64,000 bases of DNA. Origin: Candidatus Binatia bacterium (lineage in GTDB: Bacteria > Desulfobacterota > Binatia > HRBIN30). Shown here piece by piece: positions 9,147 to 18,934 of this stretch (position 1 is the stretch's first letter; each line of letters starts with the position of its first letter). A program made the translations under genes and the position numbers. Location: NCBI GenBank assembly GCA_937925685.1, contig CALAMI010000008.1, forward strand, positions 142,191 through 206,190, in the 5' to 3' direction. Under the pieces are notes generated by a model. It made no database searches and had not been told where the DNA came from. It worked only from the letters and a program-made list of their open reading frames with translations.

Positions 9147-9770
9147 GTGTCTGACAACAAGCGTTTTCCGAGGAACGAATTGCTACCGCGGGTATTTGCT
9201 GTCTGCGTACTGTCGGTAGTGTCCGTTGTTCCGACGCTCGAGTTGCGACCGGTCCGGGCACAAGGCGTGACTTATGTGAAGCGCACCGCAGGCGGGCAAA
9301 ATAACGGAAGTAGCTGGACCGATGCGTACGTCGACTTGCAGGGGGCGTTGGCAAACACGACTTCAGGGGAAATTTGGGTTGCCGAGGGCACCTATACCCC
9401 GTCGCCACGTACTGGTGGCCGTGCGCCAGCCTTTACCCTGCCGAGCGGCGTGGCGGTTTACGGTGGGTTTGCCGGCAACGAAGACGTACGGGAGGGGCGT
9501 GATCCGACCCTTCACCCGACAATCCTCAGCGGCGACCTCAACGGTGATGATGAAGCCGGTTGGGTGAATAGATTCGACAACAGCTACCAAGTTGTGAAGG
9601 CTCTGGACACGGCTCCAGGAACAACGCTCGACGGTTTTGTCATCCGTGGTGGCCAGGCAGCAGGTGGCTTTGGACCGACTTACGGGGCTGGCATTTTTGT
9701 TGAGGACGGCAATCGCTCCCTGGCTAACTCCATCATTGCAGATAACCTCGCTTTTTTGGTAGCGGCATGA
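9147..9770 (+). CDS. secreted right-handed beta-helix repeat surface protein, N-terminal portion (broken by a frameshift from the next ORF)
   Basis: GTG 9147 preceded by GGAGG at 9136-9140. Signal peptide LLPRVFAVCVLSVVSVVPTLELRPVRAQG. Beta-helix repeats (FVIRGGQAAGGFGPTYGAGIFVEDGNRSLANSIIADNLA). The ORF track extends this frame upstream to 8853, which I judge to be spurious. Confidence 0.55.
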   Translation: MSDNKRFPRNELLPRVFAVCVLSVVSVVPTLELRPVRAQGVTYVKRTAGGQNNGSSWTDAYVDLQGALANTTSGEIWVAEGTYTPSPRTGGRAPAFTLPSGVAVYGGFAGNEDVREGRDPTLHPTILSGDLNGDDEAGWVNRFDNSYQVVKALDTAPGTTLDGFVIRGGQAAGGFGPTYGAGIFVEDGNRSLANSIIADNLAFLVAA

Positions 9771-11185
9771 CCGCAGTGAACAGCGCTTTGTCTGCCGCTC
9801 AGTGCGAATTTCGCAGCAATCGCGCCGGTCACCATTATGGAGCGGGCATTTACGGCGGCCCGAACAGCACGGCGGCCGTTTCGAGCTGTTTGTTTGCCGA
9901 AAACCGAGCTGAGGGCAGTGGCGCGACTATCGGAGGCGGGGCGATCAAACACGAGGGTGAAATGTTGACGGTAACCAACTCGGCATTCGTCAATAATGTC
10001 GGCTTGCTTACCATGGGGGGCAGCTACCCTGGAGCGACTGGTGGAGCGACCCAGAGTCTGGGCAAGTTAGTCGTTCGAGGCTCTTATTTTGGGGGCAATC
10101 AAGCCAACAACGGTGGTGCGTTGGCCGTGTATAGCGCGGCCACGATCGTGAACTCGGTGTTCAGCGGTAACCACGCACTGAGCGGCCCCACCCTGTGGAC
10201 CACCGGTTATGGGGGAGCCATTGCCATTCTGGCTTCGCAGCCTTCACAGATCAACCTTGAAGGAGTCACGATTGCGGCCAACACCGCCACTGAAGACGCG
10301 GGTGGCATCTATTTCAGCGGTTTCGGAGGGGCGGCAACGCCCCCCCTGGTGGAGAACAGCATTCTTTGGGGTAACCGCTCGAGCAACAACGAGTTGGCGC
10401 AATTCCAGGAACAGGTTCATGGTCCGGTCAATCTGTGGTACGACGATATCGACGGGCTGGCGGCTGGGATTCCCGGCGAGGAACCACCGCAGTGTCCAGG
10501 GTGTATGGATGCTGACCCCTTGTTCGTCGGTCCCTTGGGGGTGGACGGCCTTGTTGGGACACTTGACGATGATCTGCGTCTTGCCGGAGGTTCGCCCGTG
10601 ATTGACGCAGCGGACAACTCCGGTTTTGCGGGGATCACGACCGACATGGATGGCAACTCTCGTTTTGTTGACGATCCCAACACCGCTGATACTGGGCTGG
10701 GAACGCCTCCAGTTGCTGATATGGGTGCGTACGAATTTGGCAGTGCGCCGGCAGCGCCTACGCCGACGGTGACATCAGCGAGCACGCCGGTGGTGGGAAC
10801 CCCGACGCCAACTTCGACGGCCACGCCGGGGGACACAGCGATAGCTACGGCGACAAGCACGGTCGCACCGAGCGCAACACCCACGGTGTGCGTGGGCGTG
10901 CCGATGGCACCGGTGGTCGTGGATCCGCCGGATGGTACGACGTTGAATGTGCGGCGGGTGTGGCTTGATTGGACAGATGTAAGCTGCGCCATGCACTACG
11001 AGGTGGTGGTGCGGGCGCGCGCGATCGATGGCCGAAGGGTGGGCTGGCGGCGAAACCTGACCGAGTCGCAGTATCGCACCCGGGCGCTGCCGCCGAACCG
11101 AAGCTGTTTCTGGCAGGTGCGTGCGTGCAATACCAGTGGTTGTGGCGGCTGGAGTGTGTGGTCCCAGTTCAACCTTGTTCAGTAA
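9767..11185 (+). CDS. beta-helix repeat surface protein, C-terminal portion with Thr/Pro linker and FN3-like C-terminal domain
   Basis: Continues the same repeat family (VNSALSAAQCEF, VSSCLFAENRA, VTNSAFVNNVG, IVNSVFSGNHA), then a TP-rich linker and a terminal W/Y/C-rich beta domain (VWLDWTDVSC...FWQVRACNTSGCGGWS). ATG overlaps the previous stop as ATGA. Confidence 0.6.
   Translation: MTAVNSALSAAQCEFRSNRAGHHYGAGIYGGPNSTAAVSSCLFAENRAEGSGATIGGGAIKHEGEMLTVTNSAFVNNVGLLTMGGSYPGATGGATQSLGKLVVRGSYFGGNQANNGGALAVYSAATIVNSVFSGNHALSGPTLWTTGYGGAIAILASQPSQINLEGVTIAANTATEDAGGIYFSGFGGAATPPLVENSILWGNRSSNNELAQFQEQVHGPVNLWYDDIDGLAAGIPGEEPPQCPGCMDADPLFVGPLGVDGLVGTLDDDLRLAGGSPVIDAADNSGFAGITTDMDGNSRFVDDPNTADTGLGTPPVADMGAYEFGSAPAAPTPTVTSASTPVVGTPTPTSTATPGDTAIATATSTVAPSATPTVCVGVPMAPVVVDPPDGTTLNVRRVWLDWTDVSCAMHYEVVVRARAIDGRRVGWRRNLTESQYRTRALPPNRSCFWQVRACNTSGCGGWSVWSQFNLVQ
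10740..10905 (+). repeat. low-complexity Thr/Pro/Ala linker-coding repeat inside CDS
   Basis: Encodes APAAPTPTVTSASTPVVGTPTPTSTATPGDTAIATATSTVAPSATPTV; coordinates approximate. Confidence 0.5.
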
Positions 11186-11586
11186 AGAGGCCCACCGGCA
11201 TCAAGCAGAGGTCCGAGGCTCACCGGTGAAACGGCACACTGCTGAATCCACTTCTGCGAAAGCAAGCGTGGTCAAGCCGGAGTACAAATCTAGCCTTCGG
11301 TTAGGTAGGAGAACTTCACCAAGGTTGTTGCTGAGGCTTCGCGATTACAGAGTGCATCCAGCAGCGCAGGCGCTGGCATGGGTGGTGGCGCCTGCGCTGC
11401 AGTTCTCGGCGACGAAGAGAGACCTGAACGCTACTTGACGCGGGTACGCTCTCGCCTCGATCGATCCTCGTACAGAATCGCGCCGCGGCAATGTGCGCGG
11501 TTGATGTTGGTCGCCTCTTGCGGCATTTGTAGAGCAGGCTCCGCGTTTCGTAGGCGAAAAGCACCACCTCCCACGAAGTTAGGCGT

Positions 11587-13359
11587 ATGACGGTTTGCAA
11601 CCAAGGGGAAAGCGCACGAGTAAGGCGTTGGCAGTGGTGCTTTGCCCACGAGGCAATGTTCGTTGTTCCACTCGAAGTGCTGGGACCATGTGGAGTGTCC
11701 CCAGAGTTTGCAGCCCAAGTGACTGCTGCTGGGTTGATTCGGGAAAGTGTTCTGAACTGCCTGGGAAGGGCATTTGCGGCATTCTGGGAGCGCAGCATCG
11801 CCCTACACGAGGCCGACCCTGCGCACTGGTTCCCACCGAGAGCGCAGCACATTTGTTTCATCCGAAAAGGAGCTGAAGTTAGGCCGTATTTTCAACCAAT
11901 TTACAACAGCTCTTGGCTTCTTTACGAGGTCGACGTCGACCCGGACACCTCCTCGCTCGAACTAGCTACCTATCTATTCTTCCATGCCGAGCGAATGAGT
12001 TGGCGCCGGGAGGTTTTGGCCGCCTACGAGGAAACGTTACCTTATTGGCTGCTTCGCACCGAAGAGGAAATTGCCGACTTTCATCAGGGTTGTTTCCTGT
12101 CAACTCGCCCGGACGCTGCTGCCTTTCGCGCGCTCGCGGAGGCGTTGCCTTGGATCCGCAGTTTGTACCATGTCCGACTTCGGCCGCCAGCGCTCACTTT
12201 TCCCTCGGGGCTCGTGACTCTGGGGCGCAGCGGATTGCTGGCACCGCGACAGGACTTGCGGGAGTGGGAAAAGTTGAAGACCACCTGGCAGCAGAGCGCT
12301 GAGCGGGTCGTCGAGCGGCATTACGGGTTGTATGCGAAGCGCACCCGAAGGTCCGCCAATCTTCTTTGCCGGTGGTTGAGCGAGCGCAAACCCGAGGTCC
12401 TCATCGTGGGGCAAGGACTTGATGTCGTTTGGGAGCCAGCACGACCTCGGGAAACGACAAAACTCAAGCGCTCGCTGCCGGATCTGTCGCCAGAAGTCGC
12501 GGAAAGTATTCGAGCAGACTTGGAAGTAATCGATGCCCATTCACGGCGCTTTCTCCGTGCCGTGTGCGCTCCGTTGCCCCAACAGTGGCCCAATATCGAG
12601 CCTGGCGGACTGTGCTTTTTATGGCGTGAGCGTCCGATCATTGCTTACCGCTTGCAGGAGCCAGGGATGGATCGCTTGCGCCTTCCAGCTCCACCGTACG
12701 AGCGCTTGATGCTGGGCGCCCGGACGATGCACGAGTGGGGTCACTTGGCTGCTACCGCTGGCTGGGTAGGCGTGACGGCGGAGAGAACGGACGAGTGGAG
12801 ACGCACTTGCGAGCGTCTCGAGGAGCTGTGCACGCGGGTGGTACGCGATGCGCCGCCGAGTCTCCGCGCATCCTTGGGGAACGAACTGGATCGCTTGGCT
12901 AAAGAAGGATCAGTTGCCCGTGCCCTGGCCTCCATCGTGCACGCTCGGATGGAGGACTACCGCGCCAATGTGGTGGCCCGTGAGTTCTTATCCCGCCTCG
13001 AACTGGAAACGTATGTGCGCAACAATGTGACCTGCCTGCAACAGTCTATGCGGCCAACAGCAATTTTCCAACGGCTGGTGCGTTACGCATATGAGTTCCA
13101 GTATCTTGGCTTGATCGGGCTTGACGACCCGTGGCGTTACCTCTGCGCCAGCACCTGGTTCGATCGCGAGTACTGGGTTAGCGGGGCAGTGGCGCGTTCG
13201 CTCACGGAAGAACTCTTCGCGTGTGTGGCCGATTTATGTGCCATGCAGTGGATCGACCCCAGAAAACTTGCGTGTGCGCGGCACACGGATCAGTGCCCAC
13301 AAGCGACGACAGCCCACGGGCAAGCGTCCTCTCAGGCCAGGAACCCCTGTGGCTCGTAA
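11587..13359 (+). CDS. hypothetical cytoplasmic protein with an HEXXH motif (TMHEWGHLAA)
   Basis: 590-codon ORF of complex, non-repetitive composition. A single HEWGH zinc-binding-like motif with acidic residues 15-25 aa downstream. Converges with and overlaps by 28 nt the DUF1501 gene on the other strand. The start is uncertain, because internal Met MFVVPLEV is also possible. Confidence 0.5.
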   Translation: MTVCNQGESARVRRWQWCFAHEAMFVVPLEVLGPCGVSPEFAAQVTAAGLIRESVLNCLGRAFAAFWERSIALHEADPAHWFPPRAQHICFIRKGAEVRPYFQPIYNSSWLLYEVDVDPDTSSLELATYLFFHAERMSWRREVLAAYEETLPYWLLRTEEEIADFHQGCFLSTRPDAAAFRALAEALPWIRSLYHVRLRPPALTFPSGLVTLGRSGLLAPRQDLREWEKLKTTWQQSAERVVERHYGLYAKRTRRSANLLCRWLSERKPEVLIVGQGLDVVWEPARPRETTKLKRSLPDLSPEVAESIRADLEVIDAHSRRFLRAVCAPLPQQWPNIEPGGLCFLWRERPIIAYRLQEPGMDRLRLPAPPYERLMLGARTMHEWGHLAATAGWVGVTAERTDEWRRTCERLEELCTRVVRDAPPSLRASLGNELDRLAKEGSVARALASIVHARMEDYRANVVAREFLSRLELETYVRNNVTCLQQSMRPTAIFQRLVRYAYEFQYLGLIGLDDPWRYLCASTWFDREYWVSGAVARSLTEELFACVADLCAMQWIDPRKLACARHTDQCPQATTAHGQASSQARNPCGS

Positions 13360-14801
13360 GCAAACCCTCCTGCACCCAGGATTTGGTTTGCCGTGGTTGT
13401 CGATAAACCAAGCCAGCGCACCATGACCTCCCCATAAACGTGGCGAAAATCCAAGGTGTGAACCATGTTCCCGTTTCGGTCTGGAAGGTGAAGCTCCGGA
13501 TAAGCACCATACACTCCGCCGGAGACGAACGAATTCGTGGACGACTCCACTTTTCTGGGCCCAATCACAAAGACAGGGCTCGCGGTTCCGTGATCTGTGC
13601 CCGTGTCGGCGTTGTTATTGCCGTTTTCGGCGATTCGGCGTCCGAACTCCGTGAACGTCATAATTAACGTATTGTGATGGAGATTTGCTGCTTCGAGATC
13701 CCGCCAGAATGCCGTAACGGCCTTATCCACCTGATGTAAGAGTTTTCCATGGAGCTCGTCGCGGAAATTATCGGCGACTTTCTGGTGAATGGACTTCTCG
13801 CTGAGGGGAACGTGTCTTCCTTGATCGGAATGGGTGTCAAATCCACCAATACCGACGCGAAAAATCCGGCAGCCTAAAGGCTGGTTTCCAGGTTGCGCTC
13901 CAAGGAGCAGGGCATAGACGAGTCGTAAGGCATAGGCGAGCCCGTAACGTTGCGGTGTCGGTGAGGCGATCGGGTGATCGGCAGCACCATTGATAAGGGC
14001 GTTTAGATTTTCAGCCGAGGAAGAGGAAACAGAGCGGTAAGTGTTCATCCTCGATGCCACGGCGTGTCCCACCTGGGCCCACTGCCTGACGAACCCCGCA
14101 CCGCTAGCCGACAGCGACTGGTAGATCGCGCGAAACGCTTGCTCCAAGGGTTGCCGCTGGTCCGGATTGAACAGGGGATTGCTGGGAATCATCAGGTCGC
14201 TCACACTGGTAAATGCCAGAGTGGACGTTTGTCCGAAAAACAGCGGGTTCAGCGAGCGCGCAATGTCGACCGCAGGTACGGGCAGGTTTTGCCCACTGCA
14301 CAAACTGTCAAGCGTGCGTCCCATCCAACCTTCGCTAATCCCGGAGAGAAGCGGATCGGCTTTGTACCAGATCGCCTTGGATACATCGTGAGACAGGTTC
14401 CCGTTGGCGTAGTGGGCTCCGAGGATCACGGCCAGGTTTCCGCTGTCGTACAGGCTTTTGAGCCCCGTCATATGCGGGTGCAACGCCAGTTCCCCTCCAT
14501 GAAGGGGATCGTTATCGATCTGGGTTTGGCCCAGCTCAGAGACAGGGATGTTGAGCCACTGACGGGCAACGTCGTAACGCGTCCGGTTCTGCCCCGTGCC
14601 GTCTGTCAGCGGTACAACCGTGTTAATGCCATCGTTTCCACCATCGAGTTCGACAAGAATCAAGTTGGGACCCTGTTCGCACGCCTCGAGCGCACTGGCT
14701 TCCCGTGCTTTTAGCCAGATACCGGGAAGAGAAAATACCGCAGAGGCTCCTACAGTGGCTTTCAGAAACTCTCTCCGTGTGAAGCGCATGGGCGATCCCA
14801 C
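13332..14801 (-). CDS. DUF1501 family protein (Tat-signal, sulfatase-like fold)
   Basis: N-terminus MRFTRREFLKATVGASAVFSLPG (twin-arginine RREFLK); LVELDGGNDGINTVVP; ~490 aa, typical DUF1501 size; immediately downstream of a DUF1800 gene. Confidence 0.85.
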   Translation of the reverse strand: MGSPMRFTRREFLKATVGASAVFSLPGIWLKAREASALEACEQGPNLILVELDGGNDGINTVVPLTDGTGQNRTRYDVARQWLNIPVSELGQTQIDNDPLHGGELALHPHMTGLKSLYDSGNLAVILGAHYANGNLSHDVSKAIWYKADPLLSGISEGWMGRTLDSLCSGQNLPVPAVDIARSLNPLFFGQTSTLAFTSVSDLMIPSNPLFNPDQRQPLEQAFRAIYQSLSASGAGFVRQWAQVGHAVASRMNTYRSVSSSSAENLNALINGAADHPIASPTPQRYGLAYALRLVYALLLGAQPGNQPLGCRIFRVGIGGFDTHSDQGRHVPLSEKSIHQKVADNFRDELHGKLLHQVDKAVTAFWRDLEAANLHHNTLIMTFTEFGRRIAENGNNNADTGTDHGTASPVFVIGPRKVESSTNSFVSGGVYGAYPELHLPDRNGNMVHTLDFRHVYGEVMVRWLGLSTTTANQILGAGGFAYEPQGFLA

Positions 14802-14813
14802 CTCCTTCTCCGT

Positions 14814-16358
14814 TCAGTGCACGTGGTATTGCGGCAGCGTTAGAATCATTTGCACCAGGGGATTCAGGCGTGAGAAAATGTTGCGGTCATCACGTGGATT
14901 GAAGGGGTCTTCAGCGCCAAGCAGCGCGACCAATTGGGAGCCTGTCGCTTCGTCCACTTGTATCGGTCCGAGTAAGCGCAACAGACGGTCCACCACCTCT
15001 TGGCGAGGCATTGGGCGTGCAGGCAATAGCCGCTCCGCTTTCACCGGATCTTTCTGATTTTTCGGTGGCCATCGACGCGTACACAATCGGGCAGCAAAGA
15101 TAGCTCGTTGGAGAAGTGCGTGGGACGTGATCCAGTATTGATTGCCCTTCCAGCTAAATACGTCCGGAGGGTCCAATAACGTTTGGCCCATCTGCCCGAG
15201 GCCGCCTTTTCGTTGAAAGCCCTCGTTGCCCAGTTCCTCCAGCGTATCGTAAAAGGTATACCGTTTGGATTCTGTGCGGCGCGCCCGCAACATGCGTAAC
15301 GACCCCACGACGTACTCGACGGGGCCCTTCACCGTCCGGGTGCGGTGAGCGTAAAACTCGGCGCGCAAAAACATTGCCCGCAGCACAACCGGAATCCGGT
15401 AGCCGCTTGCAACAAAGACGTCGGCGAGGTCGTCGATCACGGGCAGGTCCTCGCGCGTAGTCCCGGTATCGACCACGGGATCGTAGGCGTAAAACTTCCA
15501 CAGTTTGCGAACGAGGAAACGCGCCGCCGTTGGCCGCCCTTCGGTGTCACGATGGTTGAAAATGGCGTCGATCAGGCGTCGATGCTCATCCACCGCTAGA
15601 GTGGGGTCGTTCGATGCCGGTTCTGTGTAGGCATTGCCAGGGTTCTGCGAAGGAGTTTCGTTCGGGTCGGGTGCGAAAAGAATTTTTTCGCCCGTGTGGT
15701 GCCGATTCATGTCGAAGTAGGCTTCGACGTCGTTCTCCAGCTCCCGAATGCGCCAACCGGTCAGCATTCGGGCTGCCTGAGTGACGTCGTTCTGGGAGTA
15801 GTTTTTGTTGCCGGCAAAGTCGAACACCCCAATCGTAAACAACTCCATGAGTTCGCGGGCGTAGTTCTCGTTGGGAGCACGGCGTGTGTTCGACTGCCCG
15901 TCGAGCCACCACAACATCGCCGGGTCAATGTTGATCGCTTTGACCAGTTCGCGAAAATCTCCGAGAGCGTAACTCCGGAAGAGTGCGTTTTGCTTGGCCA
16001 TGTAAAGCGATTTGCTCACGCGCGATTGCGCGGTGGCAAAATGCGTGTGCAGAAAGAGAACGATCTTCTCCAACGCTGGGTTCTTTGGCTCGATCATTTG
16101 TTTGAGCCACCAAGCGCGTAACGCGTCGAACGAAGCCCAGTCGCGAACCGTTAGGTTACCCGGGCCTTGCACGGTTCTTGGCACCCGCAATCGGAGCACC
16201 CAGTCAACGGCTTGTTCGGGTGTTTTGTTGGCAAGGCTTCGCACCAGCGTGGCCTCACCAGTGCTCTTGCGTACAGCTCCGTTGTGGCCAAAGCCGGAAC
16301 GCAAAAGTAGGTGAGCGGCGGTTTCGTAGTTCCATTGATCTGGCGTGATGTTGGGCAT
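14814..16358 (-). CDS. DUF1800 family protein
   Basis: N-terminus ...TAAHLLLRSGFGHNGA..., and ~514 aa. Followed after a 12 nt gap by a DUF1501 gene, the canonical arrangement. Confidence 0.85.
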   Translation of the reverse strand: MPNITPDQWNYETAAHLLLRSGFGHNGAVRKSTGEATLVRSLANKTPEQAVDWVLRLRVPRTVQGPGNLTVRDWASFDALRAWWLKQMIEPKNPALEKIVLFLHTHFATAQSRVSKSLYMAKQNALFRSYALGDFRELVKAINIDPAMLWWLDGQSNTRRAPNENYARELMELFTIGVFDFAGNKNYSQNDVTQAARMLTGWRIRELENDVEAYFDMNRHHTGEKILFAPDPNETPSQNPGNAYTEPASNDPTLAVDEHRRLIDAIFNHRDTEGRPTAARFLVRKLWKFYAYDPVVDTGTTREDLPVIDDLADVFVASGYRIPVVLRAMFLRAEFYAHRTRTVKGPVEYVVGSLRMLRARRTESKRYTFYDTLEELGNEGFQRKGGLGQMGQTLLDPPDVFSWKGNQYWITSHALLQRAIFAARLCTRRWPPKNQKDPVKAERLLPARPMPRQEVVDRLLRLLGPIQVDEATGSQLVALLGAEDPFNPRDDRNIFSRLNPLVQMILTLPQYHVH

Positions 16359-16380
16359 CGCGAAGCCTCCTACCGCGAAG

Positions 16381-17469
16381 TTACTGGCACGAGTAAGAGC
16401 TGGCGATGAACCCTGTGGCCGGGGCTCCGGCCAGGATCCAGTCTTTCAGCAGCCGGATCTCGCCTCCGGTCAAGCGTGGCCGGGCGCGGTCGGCAGACGG
16501 GTTGTGAAAGGGCATGCGCAACCCGTAGGCACCGGGACCAAACATAGGGCTGTTCAAGCGGGAGCCGCCTAAAACCTTGAGGTACAACAGGCTGCCATCC
16601 GGGTCGCCCGGTTTAACGCGCAGGAGCCCGTCCGTTGCAGCCGCAAAGTTATGAGGCGTGACGTTCACTAAATCGCTATGGGCAGATCGGCTTCCCCCGC
16701 AGGAAGGCTTCAAGCAAAGGTCGTGTGAAGGCTCGATGGAACCATGACAACCAGCCAGGTTCGAACATTTGCGGTCGAAGATATGTTGTTGGATTTGTTC
16801 GAACGTACTGGCGACGTTGCTGCAGGGGCTGATCGCCTGGTTCGTCATCGGATCGATAGGTGGCAGGCACACAAGCCTGAAGGCATCTGTGTCATGGGAG
16901 ACGCCTACCGGACATCTCCCCCCGCTGAGGAGCGGCACCGTGCAAATTGTAGTCTGAAGCCTGAGTGTAAAAGGACGGAACTTGGGACCGGCACCGGTTT
17001 GTGTGACGGGTAAAACGACGCGCACGGTTTGCCATCCGGACCAACGGTCGACATCCGCACTCGTCAACGGAAGTTCGCCATCGGCAAAAAGCTGAAGCGG
17101 TTCGAAGTCCGGCACATGTTTCGGATGATCGTCGAAGCTCGGGCCGGTGTAGGGGATGGCGAAACTACCAGCAGGGAAATTCGACGGGCTACAGCCGGGG
17201 AAAGTCGTAGAGTTCAGCCCAATTTGAACTTGGAAGCCACACTGGCCCAGCGTGTTGTCGGCATCGCCGCAGGTGGCGTCCTGGTCCCGGCAACGAACGA
17301 ATTTCGGACTCGATGCAGGGGTATTCGGCGCTGGGTTCGACTGGAAAGCCACCCAACAGTCGGTCGCGGTGGGACCTCCACCTCCTACCTGAGCGCGTGC
17401 TGGCAGAGCGACCGCTAGCACGATCATGAACCACACGCTTCGTTTGTGAACAAAGGCGGTCGGTGTCAC
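16381..17469 (-). CDS. secreted Cys-rich protein with a C-terminal PSCyt (planctomycete cytochrome-c-like) type domain carrying a non-canonical CSNLAGCH motif
   Basis: Signal peptide MIVLAVALPARAQ and 19 Cys. C-terminal pattern FEQIQQHIFDRKCSNLAGCHG...DLVNV...GDPDGSLLYLKVLGG...MP...LTGGEIRLLKDWILAGAP matches the PSCyt1-like layout (C..CHG ... GG ... MP ... EI..L..WI..GA). Confidence 0.7.
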   Translation of the reverse strand: MTPTAFVHKRSVWFMIVLAVALPARAQVGGGGPTATDCWVAFQSNPAPNTPASSPKFVRCRDQDATCGDADNTLGQCGFQVQIGLNSTTFPGCSPSNFPAGSFAIPYTGPSFDDHPKHVPDFEPLQLFADGELPLTSADVDRWSGWQTVRVVLPVTQTGAGPKFRPFTLRLQTTICTVPLLSGGRCPVGVSHDTDAFRLVCLPPIDPMTNQAISPCSNVASTFEQIQQHIFDRKCSNLAGCHGSIEPSHDLCLKPSCGGSRSAHSDLVNVTPHNFAAATDGLLRVKPGDPDGSLLYLKVLGGSRLNSPMFGPGAYGLRMPFHNPSADRARPRLTGGEIRLLKDWILAGAPATGFIASSYSCQ

Positions 17470-18914
17470 GGCAGGAAGAGGGGCTGACCGTTCACGGGTT
17501 GAACGAAGTCAAACTGTGGGGAGGTCCAGTACTCGTTGGGATCTCCGCTGTCCGGTTGTAGAAGGCTAGACAAGATCTCGCTCTCGGGAATTGCAAGCCA
17601 ATGCTTTAGCACGGCACCGTAAACATCACGAAAATCGGTAGAGCGATGGGGGTCGGCGTTGTTTTGGGAGTACTTGGTGTTCCCATCGTCCCATGTCGCA
17701 CCCGGATTGAGCACTCGGCTATCAGAAATGTTGGGATGGTTTCCGTACACGCCGCCGTTGATTTTCCCCCCGATCAGAAACATGGGTCCTTGCGAGCCAT
17801 GGTCCGTGCCATTGTCATTTTGCTGCGGGCGCCGGGAAAACTCGCTCCAGATCATCACGAGTACCTTGTCCGCAATGCCCATGTCTGCGAGGTCGTGGTA
17901 AAAGAGCTCGACGGCATCCCCCACTTCCCGGTGCAACTCGTAGTGAGTCTGGTCGGCACCGACTGTCCCTTGGTTGGCGTGAGTGTCGTAACCGCCATTG
18001 GACAACGCAAAGTGTCGTGCTGCGACGTTGGGCACACCCTGGTGGACGCCGTAGATCGCTTTTGCGACTTCGCGCAGGCGACGTGCTGTGCCACTGTCCA
18101 AATCGTTGTACTGTTGGAGCCAAGAACCACGATCAGTTTGGTATAAGCCGTCCAAGGTTGGGTACGCCTGCGTCGCTGTCAGTGTCGCTTGACCACTGTT
18201 CCCTACGAACCGTAGCAAGGGCTGGGAAGATGCTTGTGCCGACGCATATACAGCTTGAAACGCCGAGAGTTTCGCCGAGTCGTCGTCGGGGTACCAGTCG
18301 TCAAGGGGGAACTCGAGTTCCGAGAGGCGACTGGCAGTCAGAACGCTAGTGACTTGCTGCCGAAACTCCCCCGCCATCCAGTAGCCGACAGAGAGGCCCG
18401 GAATGTCCGTCGCTCCATACCGGGATGCCAGGTAGCGGCCAAGCCAACCCGGCCCCATGGCCGCCCGTGACCCTGTCTCCCAAATCGACCGAGACACGGC
18501 GTGCGATAGATTGTACTCGGGGTAACCACACCCTTGGATAATTGCCACCTTCCCGAGTTGGTACAGTCGATGAAGCCCCTCGAGGCCAGGATGCAATGCC
18601 AGGGGAGTGTTCGTCGGTGGATCGTTGGCGATGGCGTAAGGGCTAAGGATGCTCGGTGCCAGCCTGAGTCCGCCAGGGCCAGTGCGGCGGAGTAACTCGT
18701 AGCTCGCGCGGAAGTTGGCGAAGCTCCCATTTGCGAGCGGGACGACTGTATTGAGCCCGTCGTTACCACCGTCCAGGAAGATGGACACGAGGAAACGATC
18801 CCCGATGTCAGCAAATGCTTTGCGCACCAACGGGCGGCTCCACAAGCCGTGGGTCATCAGTCCCCCGGCCAGGAGTCCGGTTCGAACGAGAAAATCACGG
18901 CGAGACAATGACAT
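17466..18914 (-). CDS. DUF1501 family protein (second copy)
   Basis: MSLSRRDFLVRTGLLAGG (Tat-like); FLDGGNDGLNTVVPL; collinear with the first copy at 13332-14801. Its stop overlaps the next start by 4 nt. Confidence 0.85.
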   Translation of the reverse strand: MSLSRRDFLVRTGLLAGGLMTHGLWSRPLVRKAFADIGDRFLVSIFLDGGNDGLNTVVPLANGSFANFRASYELLRRTGPGGLRLAPSILSPYAIANDPPTNTPLALHPGLEGLHRLYQLGKVAIIQGCGYPEYNLSHAVSRSIWETGSRAAMGPGWLGRYLASRYGATDIPGLSVGYWMAGEFRQQVTSVLTASRLSELEFPLDDWYPDDDSAKLSAFQAVYASAQASSQPLLRFVGNSGQATLTATQAYPTLDGLYQTDRGSWLQQYNDLDSGTARRLREVAKAIYGVHQGVPNVAARHFALSNGGYDTHANQGTVGADQTHYELHREVGDAVELFYHDLADMGIADKVLVMIWSEFSRRPQQNDNGTDHGSQGPMFLIGGKINGGVYGNHPNISDSRVLNPGATWDDGNTKYSQNNADPHRSTDFRDVYGAVLKHWLAIPESEILSSLLQPDSGDPNEYWTSPQFDFVQPVNGQPLFLP

Positions 18915-18934
18915 GTATTGGCTCCTCGATGCTG

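Noticed and set aside
16381-17469. Calling the Cys-rich secreted protein a c-type cytochrome
   Set aside because: The only candidate heme site is CSNLAGCH (CX5CH), not CXXCH, so I describe it only as PSCyt-like.
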